Source: Macrostomum lignano
Lineage: Eukaryota
Length of the DNA: 64,000 bases
Direction of reading: 5' to 3'
Assembly (NCBI GenBank): GCA_002269645.1
Contig: NIVC01000707.1
Location: forward strand, 177,010 to 241,009
The notes under the pieces were generated by a model. That model did no database searches and had not been told where the DNA came from. It worked only from the letters and a program-made list of their open reading frames with translations. Numbering within the stretch: position 1 is the first letter of the stretch; each line of letters opens with the position of its first letter. Shown here in pieces: positions 12,086-24,126 of this stretch. Made by a program: the position numbers and the translations under genes.

Positions 12086-12789
12086 CTCCGAAACACTACA
12101 GATTATGATACGAGCCAGAGTCGAAGAATACCAAAGCAGCCATTTGGGAGCAAAGGTGTAAACTGAAATAACTGTATTTCAATATATCCGACAGCGCCAG
12201 TCCTGACAGGGGATCGATCACGTGACAGCAAGGGCCAGGGAAAGCTCAGCGTGCCGAAAAGGGATGGAGCCAACAGTGACATGCAATGTCTGGGAAGGGG
12301 CGCAATGGAAAGACAACAGTGCAAAAATGAAGGGCAAATTGAACAGAATGAACACAATTTTGAATAATAAATTTTTCAGTTTTAAAAGCGCTGGCTGAAA
12401 GCAGAGCAGAAATGCCAACAAGTGTAATATATGATCATACACGGGAGTGAAATGAAGCTAACGTGGCTTAAAGAATACTTTGAAGTGAAATTATGAGCAA
12501 AATTATAACTATACGTTTATAATTAAACAATTTACACTCAGTATGTCACGCTAGTAATGAAACAAGCTAATACTACATAATATTACACCAGGTTGTAATA
12601 CATGTAACACATTGGCACAAATTAGAATTTCAATTTTTCAATAATTCATTAAAATTTCCAGTGCTAGAGTAGCTGACAATTAGCACAATTCAATAATGCC
12701 GCTCTGTATAGCTGACTAGTATAAACTCATTCCAACCTTGGCTAATCTGGTAATTAATCTCAATGGTACTTATTTGAGCAGGGAATTGA

Positions 12790-13150
12790 GACCAGGGGTA
12801 CGCCACCATTGACAGGGGAATGGAGACCAGGGGTATGCCACCATTGACAGGGGAATGGAGACCAGGGGTATGCCACCATTGACAGGGGAATGGAGACCAG
12901 GGGTATGCCACCATTGACAGGGGAATGGAGACCAGGGGTACGCCACCATTGACAGGAGAATGGAGACCAGGGGTATGCCACCATTGACAGGGGAATGGAG
13001 ACCAGGGGTATGCCACCATTGACAGGGGAATGGAGACCGGATATGCCACCATTGACAGGGGAATGGAGACCAGGGGTACGCCACCCGAGCCAGGTGAATG
13101 GAGACCAGGTACGCCACCCTTGAAAGGAGAATGGAGACCAGATACGCCAC
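12790..13150. repeat. Minisatellite, 35 bp unit (GACCAGGGGTATGCCACCATTGACAGGGGAATGGA), downstream of the UBXN7 stop
   Basis: Visible tandem units, degenerating toward 13150. Confidence 0.93.
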
Positions 13151-13298
13151 CCTGAACCTGGAAGTGGGGTCAGTTGATGATGTGCACACCAGGATGCGTG
13201 CGCGTGCGCAAATCCCCTGGAAAAAAGCAGCTGAACCCAGCGCTTTGTTCAACCCCTGGAATCCCCAGTGATAAAAATCCCGCGGCGATTGGCGAGCC

Positions 13299-15859
13299 TC
13301 ACTTGGCCTGCACGTACACGGTGTCGGTTGGGCAGAGTCCCAGCTCGGCCAGGCTGGCCATGGGCTGCAGCTGGGACAGCAGCCGCCTGGGATGCGTGGC
13401 CAGCAATTCAAAGTCCTCAGCTGGGAAGCCTTCGCTGTCCAGCAGCACCGTCAGAGCCTTCAACCGGCTGCTGGCTGGCCAGTCCAGCGAGTTGCGCCGG
13501 CCGTCCGGGTAGCGGATGAGCAGCCGGCAGCGCTGCGGCTCATCTGGGTCGCCCAGCCACAGCCGGTGGTCCTGACCGTCCACCAGCCTGGAGGCCGCCA
13601 CGGCACGGCGCAGCTGCTCCGCCTCGGCCTCTTCGCCGTTGTCGCAGTCAGGCCGCCTCGCCCCGACACCGTTGGCACCAAGCTCGGGCTGGTCGACACT
13701 TTGGCGGAGCTCCGGCGATTTGGACCGAGCCCGCTTGGCGGCCGGGGCAGCCGGCCCCGCAGCCGCTTCATCGATGGCAGCCGCAGCCTCCGAGTCGGAC
13801 TCCGGCAGGCATTCCGGCCGCTCGAACTGCGCCAGAAACTCGGTCAGCCTGTCCAGGAAACTGTCCAGGTGGCGCAGCTGGCCGGGCGCGAACCTCAGCC
13901 GCTGCTCGCCCGTCACCGGGTCTAGCAGGGCCACGAAGGGGCAGCCGCCGGGAGCGCGGTAGTTGACGGCAAAACGGCAGCCGACGGGAGACCGGCTGTC
14001 GAGCTGGAGGAACACGCAGCTGGCCTCCAGCACCGACTGCACGGCCGGCTCTGACCACAGGTCCCGGTTGAGCAGCTGGCAGCTGAACTCGCCCACGTCC
14101 TGCGGCGTTTGAGATGGGCCAGCTGTAGCTGGACTGTAGTAGCCCTGCAGCCCCATCCGCCCCAGCTTGCAGTCTCCTCTGCTCCAGCCTGTGCTGAAGC
14201 CCGCAGCTCCCTCTGCTCCAGCCTGCGGCCCTTCTGCCCCCAGCCTGTGCTGCAGCTCCTTCTGCCCCCAGCCTGTGCTGCAGCTCCTTCTGCCCCCAGC
14301 CTGTGCTGCAGCTCCTTCTGCCCCCAGCCTGTGCTGCAGCTCCTTCTGCCCCCAGCCTGCGCTGCAGCTCCTTCTGCCCCCAGCCTGTGCTGCAGCTCCT
14401 TCTGCCCCCAGCCTGTGCTGCAGCTCCTTCTGCCCCCAGCCTGCGCTGCAGCTCCTTCTGCCCCCAGCCTGTGCTGCAGCTCCTTCTGCCCCCAGCCTGT
14501 GCTGCAGCTCCTTCTGCCCCCAGCCTGCGCTGCAGCTCCTTCTGCCCCCAGCCTGTGCTGCAGCTCCTTCTGCCCCCAGCCTGTGCTGCAGCTCCTTCTG
14601 CCCCCAGCCTGTGCTGCAGCTCCTTCTGCCCCCAGTCTGTGCTGCAGCTCCTTCTGCCCCCAGCCTGTGCTGCAGCTCCTTCTGCCCCCAGCCTGCGCTG
14701 CAGCTCCTTCTGCCCCCAGCCTGTGCTGCAGCTCCTTCTGCCCCCAGCCTGCGCTGCAGCTCCTTCTGCCCCCAGCCTGCGCTGCAGCTCCTTCTGCCCC
14801 CAGCCTGTGCTGCAGCTCCTTCTGCCCCCAGCCTGTGCTGCAGCTCCTTCTGCCCCCAGCCTGTGCTGCAGCTCCTTCTGCCCCCAGCCTGTGCTGCAGC
14901 TCCTTCTGCCCCCAGCCTGCGCTGCAGCTCCTTCTGCCCCCAGCCTGTGCTGCAGCTCCTTCTGCCCCCAGCCTGTGCTGCAGCTCCTTCTGCCCCCAGC
15001 CTGTGCTGCAGCCCCCTCGCCCACCAGCCTACAGCTCCAGTCAGCAAGAATCAACAGGCCACAGCAGTAGCGCAGCCCGCCCCACCTGCAGGTCCACCAG
15101 CAGCCATTTGCCGGCCAGCCGGGCCTGCCGCATCGCGGATTCCAGGCTGCCGGGGTGCAGCAGCCCGCTGGGCGGCCGGTACAGGTCGTGCAGGCTGCGT
15201 TTGCCGGGCCGCCCGCCGCTGCTGCCACTGGCCGCCCCCGCCTCCTCCAGCATGGCGGCGCGATGATCGGCAAACGGTTGAACTGTCGGTCTGGCAGCGC
15301 CGCCGCTGCCATTGGCGCCGCTATGCTGCGCAAAAATGGCGCCAGCATTTGGTGTCAGCTGCGCCACAGTCTGCGGCATCGGCGCCCGAGCCTCCTCGGA
15401 GCTGTCGGAGGGGGTGGCGGCCAGGCCGGAGTCGCCACTGCTGCCATCGGTGCCGGGGCGGAGCCGGCTGGCAGCCGGGGTTGGCGGCCCAGTCTCCATG
15501 TACATGTTCAGCGCCATCTCCAGGTTGTTGTTGCAGGCGGCCAGGTACTGGGCAGCCACTGCGCTTGTTGCCCCTGCGAAAGATGGAGAGGGTGGAATAA
15601 TAATATTAATACCAATTGCAGGGCTGTGGACACCCTGGTGCAACACCTTCGGCAGCCCATTCCACAGACCTCTGAGCACATAGTAAGAACAAATGGCAAG
15701 GTTTCCAATGTGGATTGATTCAAACAATGTGCTTTTGGAGAGCACCTTATTAAAAAGATAGCTTGACTAGAGTTCTCTCCCATTGCAATAACAGTTTGAG
15801 CAATTTCAGAATAGCAGCTCACCTGTAATAGCACAGAAGTTCTCAGCCTCAGGCCCCAT
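13299..15859 (-). CDS. UBXN7: UBX domain protein 7 (p97 adaptor), ~441 aa; exons 15859-15823, 15573-15086, 14099-13299
   Basis: UBA-like (FCAITG|ATS..ACNNNLEMALNMY), UAS (LYRPP..KWLLVDLQ|DVGEFSCQLLNRDLWS), UIM (EAEQLRRAVAASR) and UBX (LLIRYPDGRR) domains in UBXN7 order; exon phases consistent. Confidence 0.92.
14200..15010. repeat. Minisatellite, 28 bp unit (GCTCCTTCTGCCCCCAGCCTGTGCTGCA), UBXN7 intron 2
   Basis: Visible tandem units. Confidence 0.97.
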
Positions 15860-17392
15860 CCTGTTGCATATGAAGGACAGGCTGCTAGATTGAACTAGGT
15901 GGAGAGCAATTTCCAACAAAATATCATGCAAATATGTGCAATCTATATATATACTCACAGTTCTTCATTTAGATATATAAGGCCACAAAAAAGTGACTGT
16001 TTATATAAGTTAATGTCTTGAAATTTAACTAGGTGCTATCATTTAGTAAAATATAATAAAAAATTCAATATCTTAAATGCCTCTATTTTAATAGCATATA
16101 AGTCTTTAATATTGAAGTTGTCATTTCTCTAGTAGAATTTTCTACTCATATTGAATAAAGCAAAAGATTTTAAAAGGATTGAAAGTAATTACTTTTCTTT
16201 GCTAACAACATAATTATACAATAAACTTTAATGTCTAAACTTTTGTAGTTTTACTTTTCTAAACACAACTTAATAGAAGCATAAGAATATATTTAAAAAC
16301 ATGTTTCAAGCTTCAACATGTTGGTAAATATTAACAAAAAGTCTAATTGTTTACAAAGTTTTCAAAGACAGACAGCACATCAGTTCAAAATTTTGAATAG
16401 AATAGAAATAGGGGAACTGGTGGCAAAGGAAAGTGAGTTAATGGCTTGCCAACAATAGAGATACAAATATAGTACATTGATTGGGCTGATGATACAATAG
16501 AATCAAACTTTCTAGGAATGCATCAAATTATTATAAACTTGTTTTTAATTCTATTTCTTTAGTATGATCAAATATTTTTACAACATTAGTAGGCCTAGCA
16601 CAACTAGAAATTTGTTGAGAGGGCAGATTCTAGAGGGTAGAGACCCATAGAAGGATTTTGGAGGATAAAGACCCAGGGAGGGGCAGAGTAATAATGGGCA
16701 ACCTGTGGCCCATGTATTTGAACTGAAAACCTCATCTGGCCTTCAAGAAAAAAGTTGCCAACCCCTAGCTTAGAATCTCAAACATTAAACTTAAAGATAA
16801 GAAAAATTCAATTTTTAACAATAGCAAAATATTTATATTGTCAAATACTTTGAAAGCATTTTAAATAGAAAAATTAAGCAATAAAGCAATTTTTAGTGTT
16901 AGGCACAATTAATAAAAATCTTAACTCCTTTTAATGGTAAAAGCATTTGGATTAAAATCCTATTATACTTAAAAATCTTAACTTGTTAACTAGGCCTAGG
17001 CTAGGGCCTAATATGATAATCCTTAATATACATTAATCTATTGAAGTTAATATAGAAAATAGCTACAGGAATTTTGCACTTTTTTTTACCAAAACAGACT
17101 TCATAATGCACAGTGATGCATTGTCTACTTTTCTATCTTTTTAGCAAAACACAGTCCATAGTCAGAGGTCAATTTAAAAGCTAAAAAAATAATAGACAAT
17201 AATAACAGACATTTTATATACAAGTTTTTACTTGTATATAAAATGCTACTAAAAGTATGCATAGGCCTAAAGTAACTTAAATTTATTTGAAACCTGAAAA
17301 CAAATTAGTTAAGAATAAAATACAAACAGGAAGGTTGTATCAATAAGCATAGGCTGAATCTTACTAGGCCATCCAATATACTAAAAATGTGA

Positions 17393-17423
<31 letters not shown>

Positions 17424-18190
17424 GTGATAGATTAGAGAAATCATATTCTATGAATAGGTGACAGTGACGGTCATGCATTGCTAATTATAAATCATACGAT
17501 GTCGATAGAATGAAAACAAAAAGCCATAATTTTATACCAGTTTTCGTATTTATTTTCTTGCATTAGATATATTATTACATTGTTATACCTAGAAATGTCA
17601 TGCAAACCCAAAAATATGCCAACTCCAACTTACTAGCACAAACTCAAATTTATGCCAGAATTTTTCAGTATATGTAGATGTATAATGTTCAAGGTGCCTG
17701 AAATACAAATTTTTGATGTTTAATGTACGTGTGTGTGAAAAAACTTGACCCTTGACCCAATCAACTTTCTTCTTCGACGAGGACGACGACGACGACGCTT
17801 TTAAAAAATTCTGTTTGGTGAAACAATTTTTTTATTCTTGTTCAAAGTTCCAAGCATCGAAGCTACATTTTTTGAAAAAACAAATATTAAATCAGAAAAA
17901 TAAAGAACATCCAGCAAAAAAATTACTTATTAATAAGACAGACCATGCACTTTTTAACAACTTGACTTTCAGCGAATAATTTTTCAGCTGGCTTGCGGCG
18001 GCGATCCTACTATTAAAGTTGCTGTATTTTTCGTAGTTCTACAAGAACACGACCAATCACAACGACTTAAGCGTTTGATTTTCAATTGCTATCGCGTAGG
18101 ACAACTGCACAATTTTTTTTATTTTCTTGTGGATTTTTACCGTCATTCTATTTTAAAGAACACACCTGTTTCAATAATCTCAAATGCCAA

Positions 18191-21100
18191 ATGGGTATGT
18201 TATTTGACCTGTGCTGTTACTCATGTATATTACTTTCAAAAAATTAGGTTGTAGTATGCTTTATTTTTTGACTGTTGCCATCAGTAGCAGATCCAGAAAA
18301 TTTTGAACGGGGGGTGCAGACTACTAAGCCTAAGGTACATATATATTCATATCATGTACAAGTATATATGTACATGATAATGTGTATTTTCCATATAAAA
18401 AATCAAAAAAATCAAACTCAAACAGGGGGGGGGCGCCCTGTGCGCCCCCCCTCTAAATCCGCTACTGGTTGCCATATATGATATTAGGTGCATTTACCCA
18501 CAAATCATATTTTGTATAACACAAAAACAGGCATATATTTTTTATTGTAGTTTGTAGTTTGTGTAGTCTAGGGCCTAAGTAGGCAAAGTAATCTATAAAT
18601 GTAAGACAGATTTATCATTTTTATAGGTATAAACTATAGGTTAAGATATACAGTAGTATTAGTAATTAAAATTAGCAATTATAATATATAATAGACCTAA
18701 AACAAGGGCTACATCTAAAAATTAAGATTATGTTTAGAACTTTAGGTTAACTTCAAATGTTGAAATGTTTATTTGCTTATATAGTATATCAGTTTGATAG
18801 AATATAATCTAGTGAAAGAAGTATAGAAGTATAGCTTTTTGATATTCTTATAACTATTTTATCTCATTTTTCTACCTTTTTCAAAACTTTTTTATAGGTG
18901 ACCAGCTTGAGAACATCCCCTATCCATCTATGATCTCATTTGTGCTCATCCTAGTAGGCGGCTGCATCATGACTGGCACACTCTATGAAGCAGTTCGAAG
19001 GACAGATACCTACTTTCGCAGTACATTTTATCCTATAGATGGGTATGTGGCTGCTTTATAAACAAGCTCAAAATTTCTTTTATATCAAAATATTTCTGTT
19101 GTGAGCTGGTGAAAGAGACTAGAAGCACAATGTGAAATTTTCAGCTTGTGAAAGATCCTGTCTTTTGACAATATGAAACTATAAAGCTTCAAGTCTGCTC
19201 AGAATCCCCTAACTTAAAACAAAACCACCCTGCCGCACCGCACTGCAGTCTCTCCTATGCCCAGACAGTCAGCGTCATCATCACCCCAATCACGGTAGTG
19301 CTGGCTGCCGCTCTGCTAGCATTTGGTTGCCTAGCAACCGGCGCAACCCGAGAGAAAATCTACCGAGGCAACAAGTCGATCCTGTCTGGCCGGGGCGCGG
19401 CCTTGGTGTTCCTGGCGCTGGCCCACCTGAGCTGCCTGTGCTGGCTGGCGCTGATGTGCGGCCTGATGTTCCCGGCCACCGGCTGGCTGGTCATGGACCG
19501 CGTCTGCGCCGAGGAGTGGCGCTACTGGCTGGACATCGACGGCGAGAAGACCAACGCCAAGTTCTTTAATTACTTCCGGTTCAACCTGACTCACTATGGT
19601 TTGTAAAAAATCCCTTACCAATTTCCACTAAACCGTAATGCTGTGCGTTAACAGTGGGAGTCTTAATTGATACTCGATTTTTTTCGTCATCTAATTAGAG
19701 CTTATAAATTTCAATTCAATATCCCCCAATCGCAGGCATCTACAAGAAGCTGTACAATTTCAATCCTTCGCTGAAGTACAACGAGACGATAACAACTGCC
19801 ACGGCGTTTCAGAACTTCTGCTCGAATGTGAGTGAGAGGCTGAGCTATTCGAATTTTCCCGTTACTTTGCCTGTTTTTTCACCGTCTAAAAATTATATTT
19901 TTTCATGAGAAGTTAAACTCTCCCGAAAATCATTTAACCTCGATGGCGAACTAAAATCGCAAACTTATTACAAATCATTGCAAATTTCTACAGGTGAACA
20001 CAATCGGCCCTCTGTACATGTTTGCCTTGGGCGGCGCCATGTTCGTGCTGTTCGGGCTGGTGAGTAATGGCTGCCTGCACAGGGCTGCTGGGGTCCGGGG
20101 ATGACTGCACACTGCATTGCAAGGTGCAGCTACCTTGGTTGAGACCTGTTCTGTTGTCTTCTGATCTAACTGATTCTCCCAGATTATCACGTGGGACTGC
20201 AGCCACTCCCAGATTGTCAGATGGGATTGCAGCCACTCCCAGATTGTCAGATGGGATTGCAGCCACTCTCCCAGATTGTCAGATGGGATTGCAGCCACTC
20301 CCAGATTGTCAGATGGGATTGCAGCCACTCCCAGATTGTCATGTGGGATTTCAGCCACTCCCAGATTGTCAGATGGGACTGCAGCCACTCATAGATTGTC
20401 AGGTGGGACTGCAGCCACTCATAGATTGTCAGGTGGGATTGTAGCCACTCCCAGATTGTCAGATGGGATTGCAGCCACTCTCCCAGATTGTCAGGTGGGA
20501 CTGCAGCCAATCGCAGATTGTCAGATGGGATTGCAGCCACTCTCCCAGATTGTCAGGTGGGACTGCAGCCAATCGCAGATTGTCAGATGGGATTGCAGCC
20601 ACTCTCCCAGATTGTCAGGTGGGACTGAAGCCACTCTCCCAGATTGTCAGGTGGGATTGCAGCCACTCTCCCAGATTGTCAGGTGGGATTGCAGCCACTC
20701 TCCCAGATTGTCAGGTGGGACTGCAGCCAATCCCAGATTGTCAAGTGGGACTGGAGCCACTATCCCAGATTTTCAGGTGGGACTGCAGCCACTCTTGAAA
20801 ATTCCTTAGTTGCTATCACATAAGAATATGAGACATAAAAAAGGTAGCAACCTATCTTAAAATCTGGTTAGAGCTGCCTGACAGGTTAGACAATTGTCTA
20901 ACCTGACAGTATAGTTAGAGCTGGCCAGGGGGTTAGCGAAATGGGCGGCAACGCCTCCTCGCTGTTTCTGGACGCACGGAGCCCCCTGCAGCTAAGTCAA
21001 GTAAGTCATGGTTAGAGCTGCAGTCTCACCTGACAATCTGGTTAGAGCTGCAGTCTCACCTGACAATCTGGTTAGAGCTGCAGTCTCACCTGACAATCTG

Positions 21101-21635
21101 GTTAGAGCTGCAGTCTCACCTGACAATCTGGTTAGAGCTGCAGTCTCACCTGACAATCTGGTTAGAGCTGCAGTCTCACCTGACAATCTGGTTAGAGCTG
21201 CAGTCTCACCTGACAATCTGGTTAGAGCTGCAGTCTCACCTGACAATCTGGTTAGAGCTGCAGTCTCACCTGACAATCTGGTTAGAGCTGCAGTCTCACC
21301 TGACAATCTGGTTAGAGCTGCAGTCTCACCTAACAATGCTGTCTCTTACAATCTTAGAGTTGAAATCTCAGTCGAGCATGTGAGGATAGCTGTGTTTCTA
21401 AAACAGTTAAGCCTTTTAACAATAATAAAAAACCCGTTGCCAACTGCAGTTCTGCTTCATCGGAGCCCTGTCGGCGAACTACACGAAGCTGAAGTACACG
21501 CAGGACCTGACCCAGTACCGCACGGCTAAGCAGCCGGAGGTGGAGCCAGCCGAAACCGAGTACCTGCAGGCTGCCGGCTACGCCCCTAGCATTGCGGGCC
21601 ACGGACCGTCGGACTCAATTGTCTACTCTCAGTAG
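18191..21635 (+). CDS. M6/proteolipid (PLP/DM20 family) membrane glycoprotein, copy 1, ~280 aa; exons 18191-18194 (tentative), 18898-19042, 19249-19598, 19736-19827, 19994-20059, 21450-21635
   Basis: IPYPSMISFVLIL, GCLATGATREKIYR..GR (cf. insect M6 GFLATGATRYKVYR..GGR), FC in the second loop, LSANY after TM4; all GT-AG phases join in frame. The ATG micro-exon is least certain. Confidence 0.85.
18282..18467. mobile_element. hAT-type MITE
   Basis: TIR CAGTAGCAGAT / ATCCGCTACTG, perfect 8-bp TSD GTTGCCAT; also present in copy 2 at 29035-29208. Confidence 0.85.
20170..20790. repeat. Minisatellite A, 30-32 bp (GCAGCCACTCTCCCAGATTGTCAGGTGGGACT), in the last M6 intron
   Basis: Visible units; duplicate at ~30900-31520. 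Confidence 0.95.
21011..21330. repeat. Minisatellite B, 30 bp (GTTAGAGCTGCAGTCTCACCTGACAATCTG), ~11 units; inverted relative of minisatellite A
   Basis: Visible units; the duplicate at 31742-32001 has ~9 units. Confidence 0.95.
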
Positions 21636-23376
21636 CAAGTTGATGACACGCAGCGGCGCATTTTAATTTGCCATTGTTTCATAACATCGAACTGCTGTAA
21701 AGTAAATTCGAGCTGGGATGGAAATTTGACTGCTGTCTCCTGAGCTGGCACGCCGGGGACCCCAGGACTGTCGATAGGCGGCAAGCCCTTTATTTGTCTC
21801 GCCTTCAGTCCAAGAGTTCTGCGGGGTCCATGACTGCACTGTCGCAACTTAACCATTACATGTATGACTATTACATTCCATGCCTGCTTAGTTTAGGCCT
21901 ACTTGCAATTTTTAAAACATTCCAACGCAAAATGCACGATTTTCTATCTGTGTACACAGATACTTAGAATTACTAAATGTAGATGGGCCACTCAGCACAT
22001 TTGCGTGCAAGCTACTTTTCAGTTCAGTAGTAAGTTAAATCGAAGCATTTTAATGTATTTTTAAAGACAAAGCTTATTTATTTGCTCTTACCCCGCACCC
22101 CAAGCTTAAACTCTCAAACTCCTCACGGAACCACTACTCCTGCCCCGCCACCCATTTTTTATTGCCTTCCTCGGTTGTTCCAGCCTAAATCTGCCATGTA
22201 CATTTCAGTGGCTAATGTACATTATGGCTGAACCAATTAGAAAGCTGTTTACGCCTGCAAGCTTTGGCTTCTAAACTTATTCAAAGTCATCTATCTCAGC
22301 TGCCTTTATTCTTATAAAATAGCTTAGGTATTCTTCCTTGCTACTGAACTGAAAGTAGAAAGCTGTTTTGCTAAGTATATATGCCCCCATCTTTCTAGTT
22401 TCTGTGGTGTATTATGTACTCGTACATGTAGGGCTAAATTGTTATTTCCCTTGTAAATTTTTAATTTTGTTCATGTTTACATAAGTCATATTATTATGAA
22501 CGACAGTTAAACTTTACACTATGGTGCCAAATTGTAATCAGTTTGTGTGTGTATTCGGATCATTAATTCTCTTTTTTAAGGCTTCAATTGTTTACCGCTT
22601 ACAATGTTAGTCACGGTTTATCAATTATTTGTTGTTAGCACTTGAGCCAATTTTTGTATATATTTTTGTTAACTACACAAAGCCCTTGACTCCCCGACAT
22701 TTTACTAACATTCCACTAATGAAACAACCGTTCTCTTAAGAAATAAACTTCACTAGAAGCAGTCTTCGTTATCTCTTGCTTCATATCAGAGCAAAGCAAA
22801 TAATATTCTTGCAACACGCTGACGGATATGCAGTAGTGTCTTCACGATCATTCGTCAAAATAAAATAAAAATTGAAATAAAGACACTTCTACCAGTCTGG
22901 CACCCAGCAGTGAGGAAAGGCAATACGAAATGAAGAAAATGTCAACAATACTACTGATTAAGTAGCCTTAGTAGTACAGAGTAGGAAGACAATGCCCTGA
23001 ATGAGCGGACTAGGTGCAGTAGTGGTTGTTCACTATAGCTAGAACACAAACTACACGCAAAATTGCTATTTTTGTGTCAGAAAATACAGAGATTATTGTT
23101 TCTGCTAATCTGGAATCTTGGAATCTTTGCCACGCAGATGCCCCCTTTTAAATAATGCTCAACTGCAATAGGTGCTCTTGGGGAGGTCATGGTGGGCAAA
23201 CACCCCAGAAATTAATAGTCTTGCGGTGCCAAAGTCTACCGCATTAATAGCATGCTTGACTTGAAGCAGGTTTTCCGTCAGTGAAAACTGTTAATGAGCT
23301 AGTTCTATCATTCAGGGACGGCCGCAACTAACATGTACTTGTGGCTGAACTAGCCAGGATATTAGACAGGCCGGCC

Positions 23377-24012
23377 TTAGTGGGCTTTGACCTTCTCGGC
23401 CTCCGCACCCTCCTCGAGCTGGTGCTGGTGCCCGCCCGCCTGTCTGTGATGATAAAACGACAAAAAGAAGTCCCAGAACGCGGTGATGAAGCTCAGGTAG
23501 AGGATTCTGTACTTTGGCGGCAGGAAGTAGAAATTGACGGCCTGTGCGGGCGGCCAGACCAGCCAGTCCGCCAGGTAGGCGGTTGGGAACTTGCGGCAGG
23601 CCGTCTCCCAGGCCTGGGCGGGCGTGCGGCCCTCCAGCAGCGGCATTAGCAGGAAGAAGCAGAAGTTGATGCCGATGCCCATGCCGATCTGGTCCATCAG
23701 GATCTTTTTCACGATCGTACGACCGGCGCGGCCGGGCAGGCGATGGTCGAGCAGCACGTACCAGAAGTGCTGCGGCGTGGCCAGCAGCAGGCCGACAATG
23801 TAGATCCGCTTGGTGCGGCTCCAGTCGATGGGGCCCACAGGCCGGCTGCCGAGGCGCTGCTCCAGCTTCTGGGCCGCCAGGTCGCCGATGCTCAGCAGGG
23901 CGGGCGCGGTGGCCAGGTTGGTGAGCAGCAGGTAGCGGGGGCTGTACGCCAGCTCGTGGAAGCATAAAAGAATAAAAGCATAAAAGAAGCATAAGAATAT
24001 ATTTAAAAACAT
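23377..24012 (-). pseudogene. MPV17L2: 5'-truncated MPV17L2 duplicate with a junction-derived in-frame N-terminus (chimeric ORF, 211 aa)
   Basis: Protein identical to the intact copy from FHELAY onward; the native MTAWRRAADALKR is replaced by MFLNIFLCFFYAFILLC from junction DNA. Confidence 0.75.
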
Positions 24013-24126
24013 GCTTCAAGCTTCAACATGTTGGTAAATATTAATAAAAAGTCTAAAAAATAAATTATTTTATCAACTTTTTATAGAAAACTACCAACAT
24101 GATTATTTTAATTGTAAGGCTTAGAA

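Larger units (their letters stand above)
16275..23961. repeat. Tandem segmental duplication, copy 1 (M6 gene plus 5'-truncated MPV17L2)
   Basis: Collinear with 23985-34625; homology starts at AGAAGCATAAGAATAT and ends within the MPV17L2 5' coding sequence. Confidence 0.92.
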
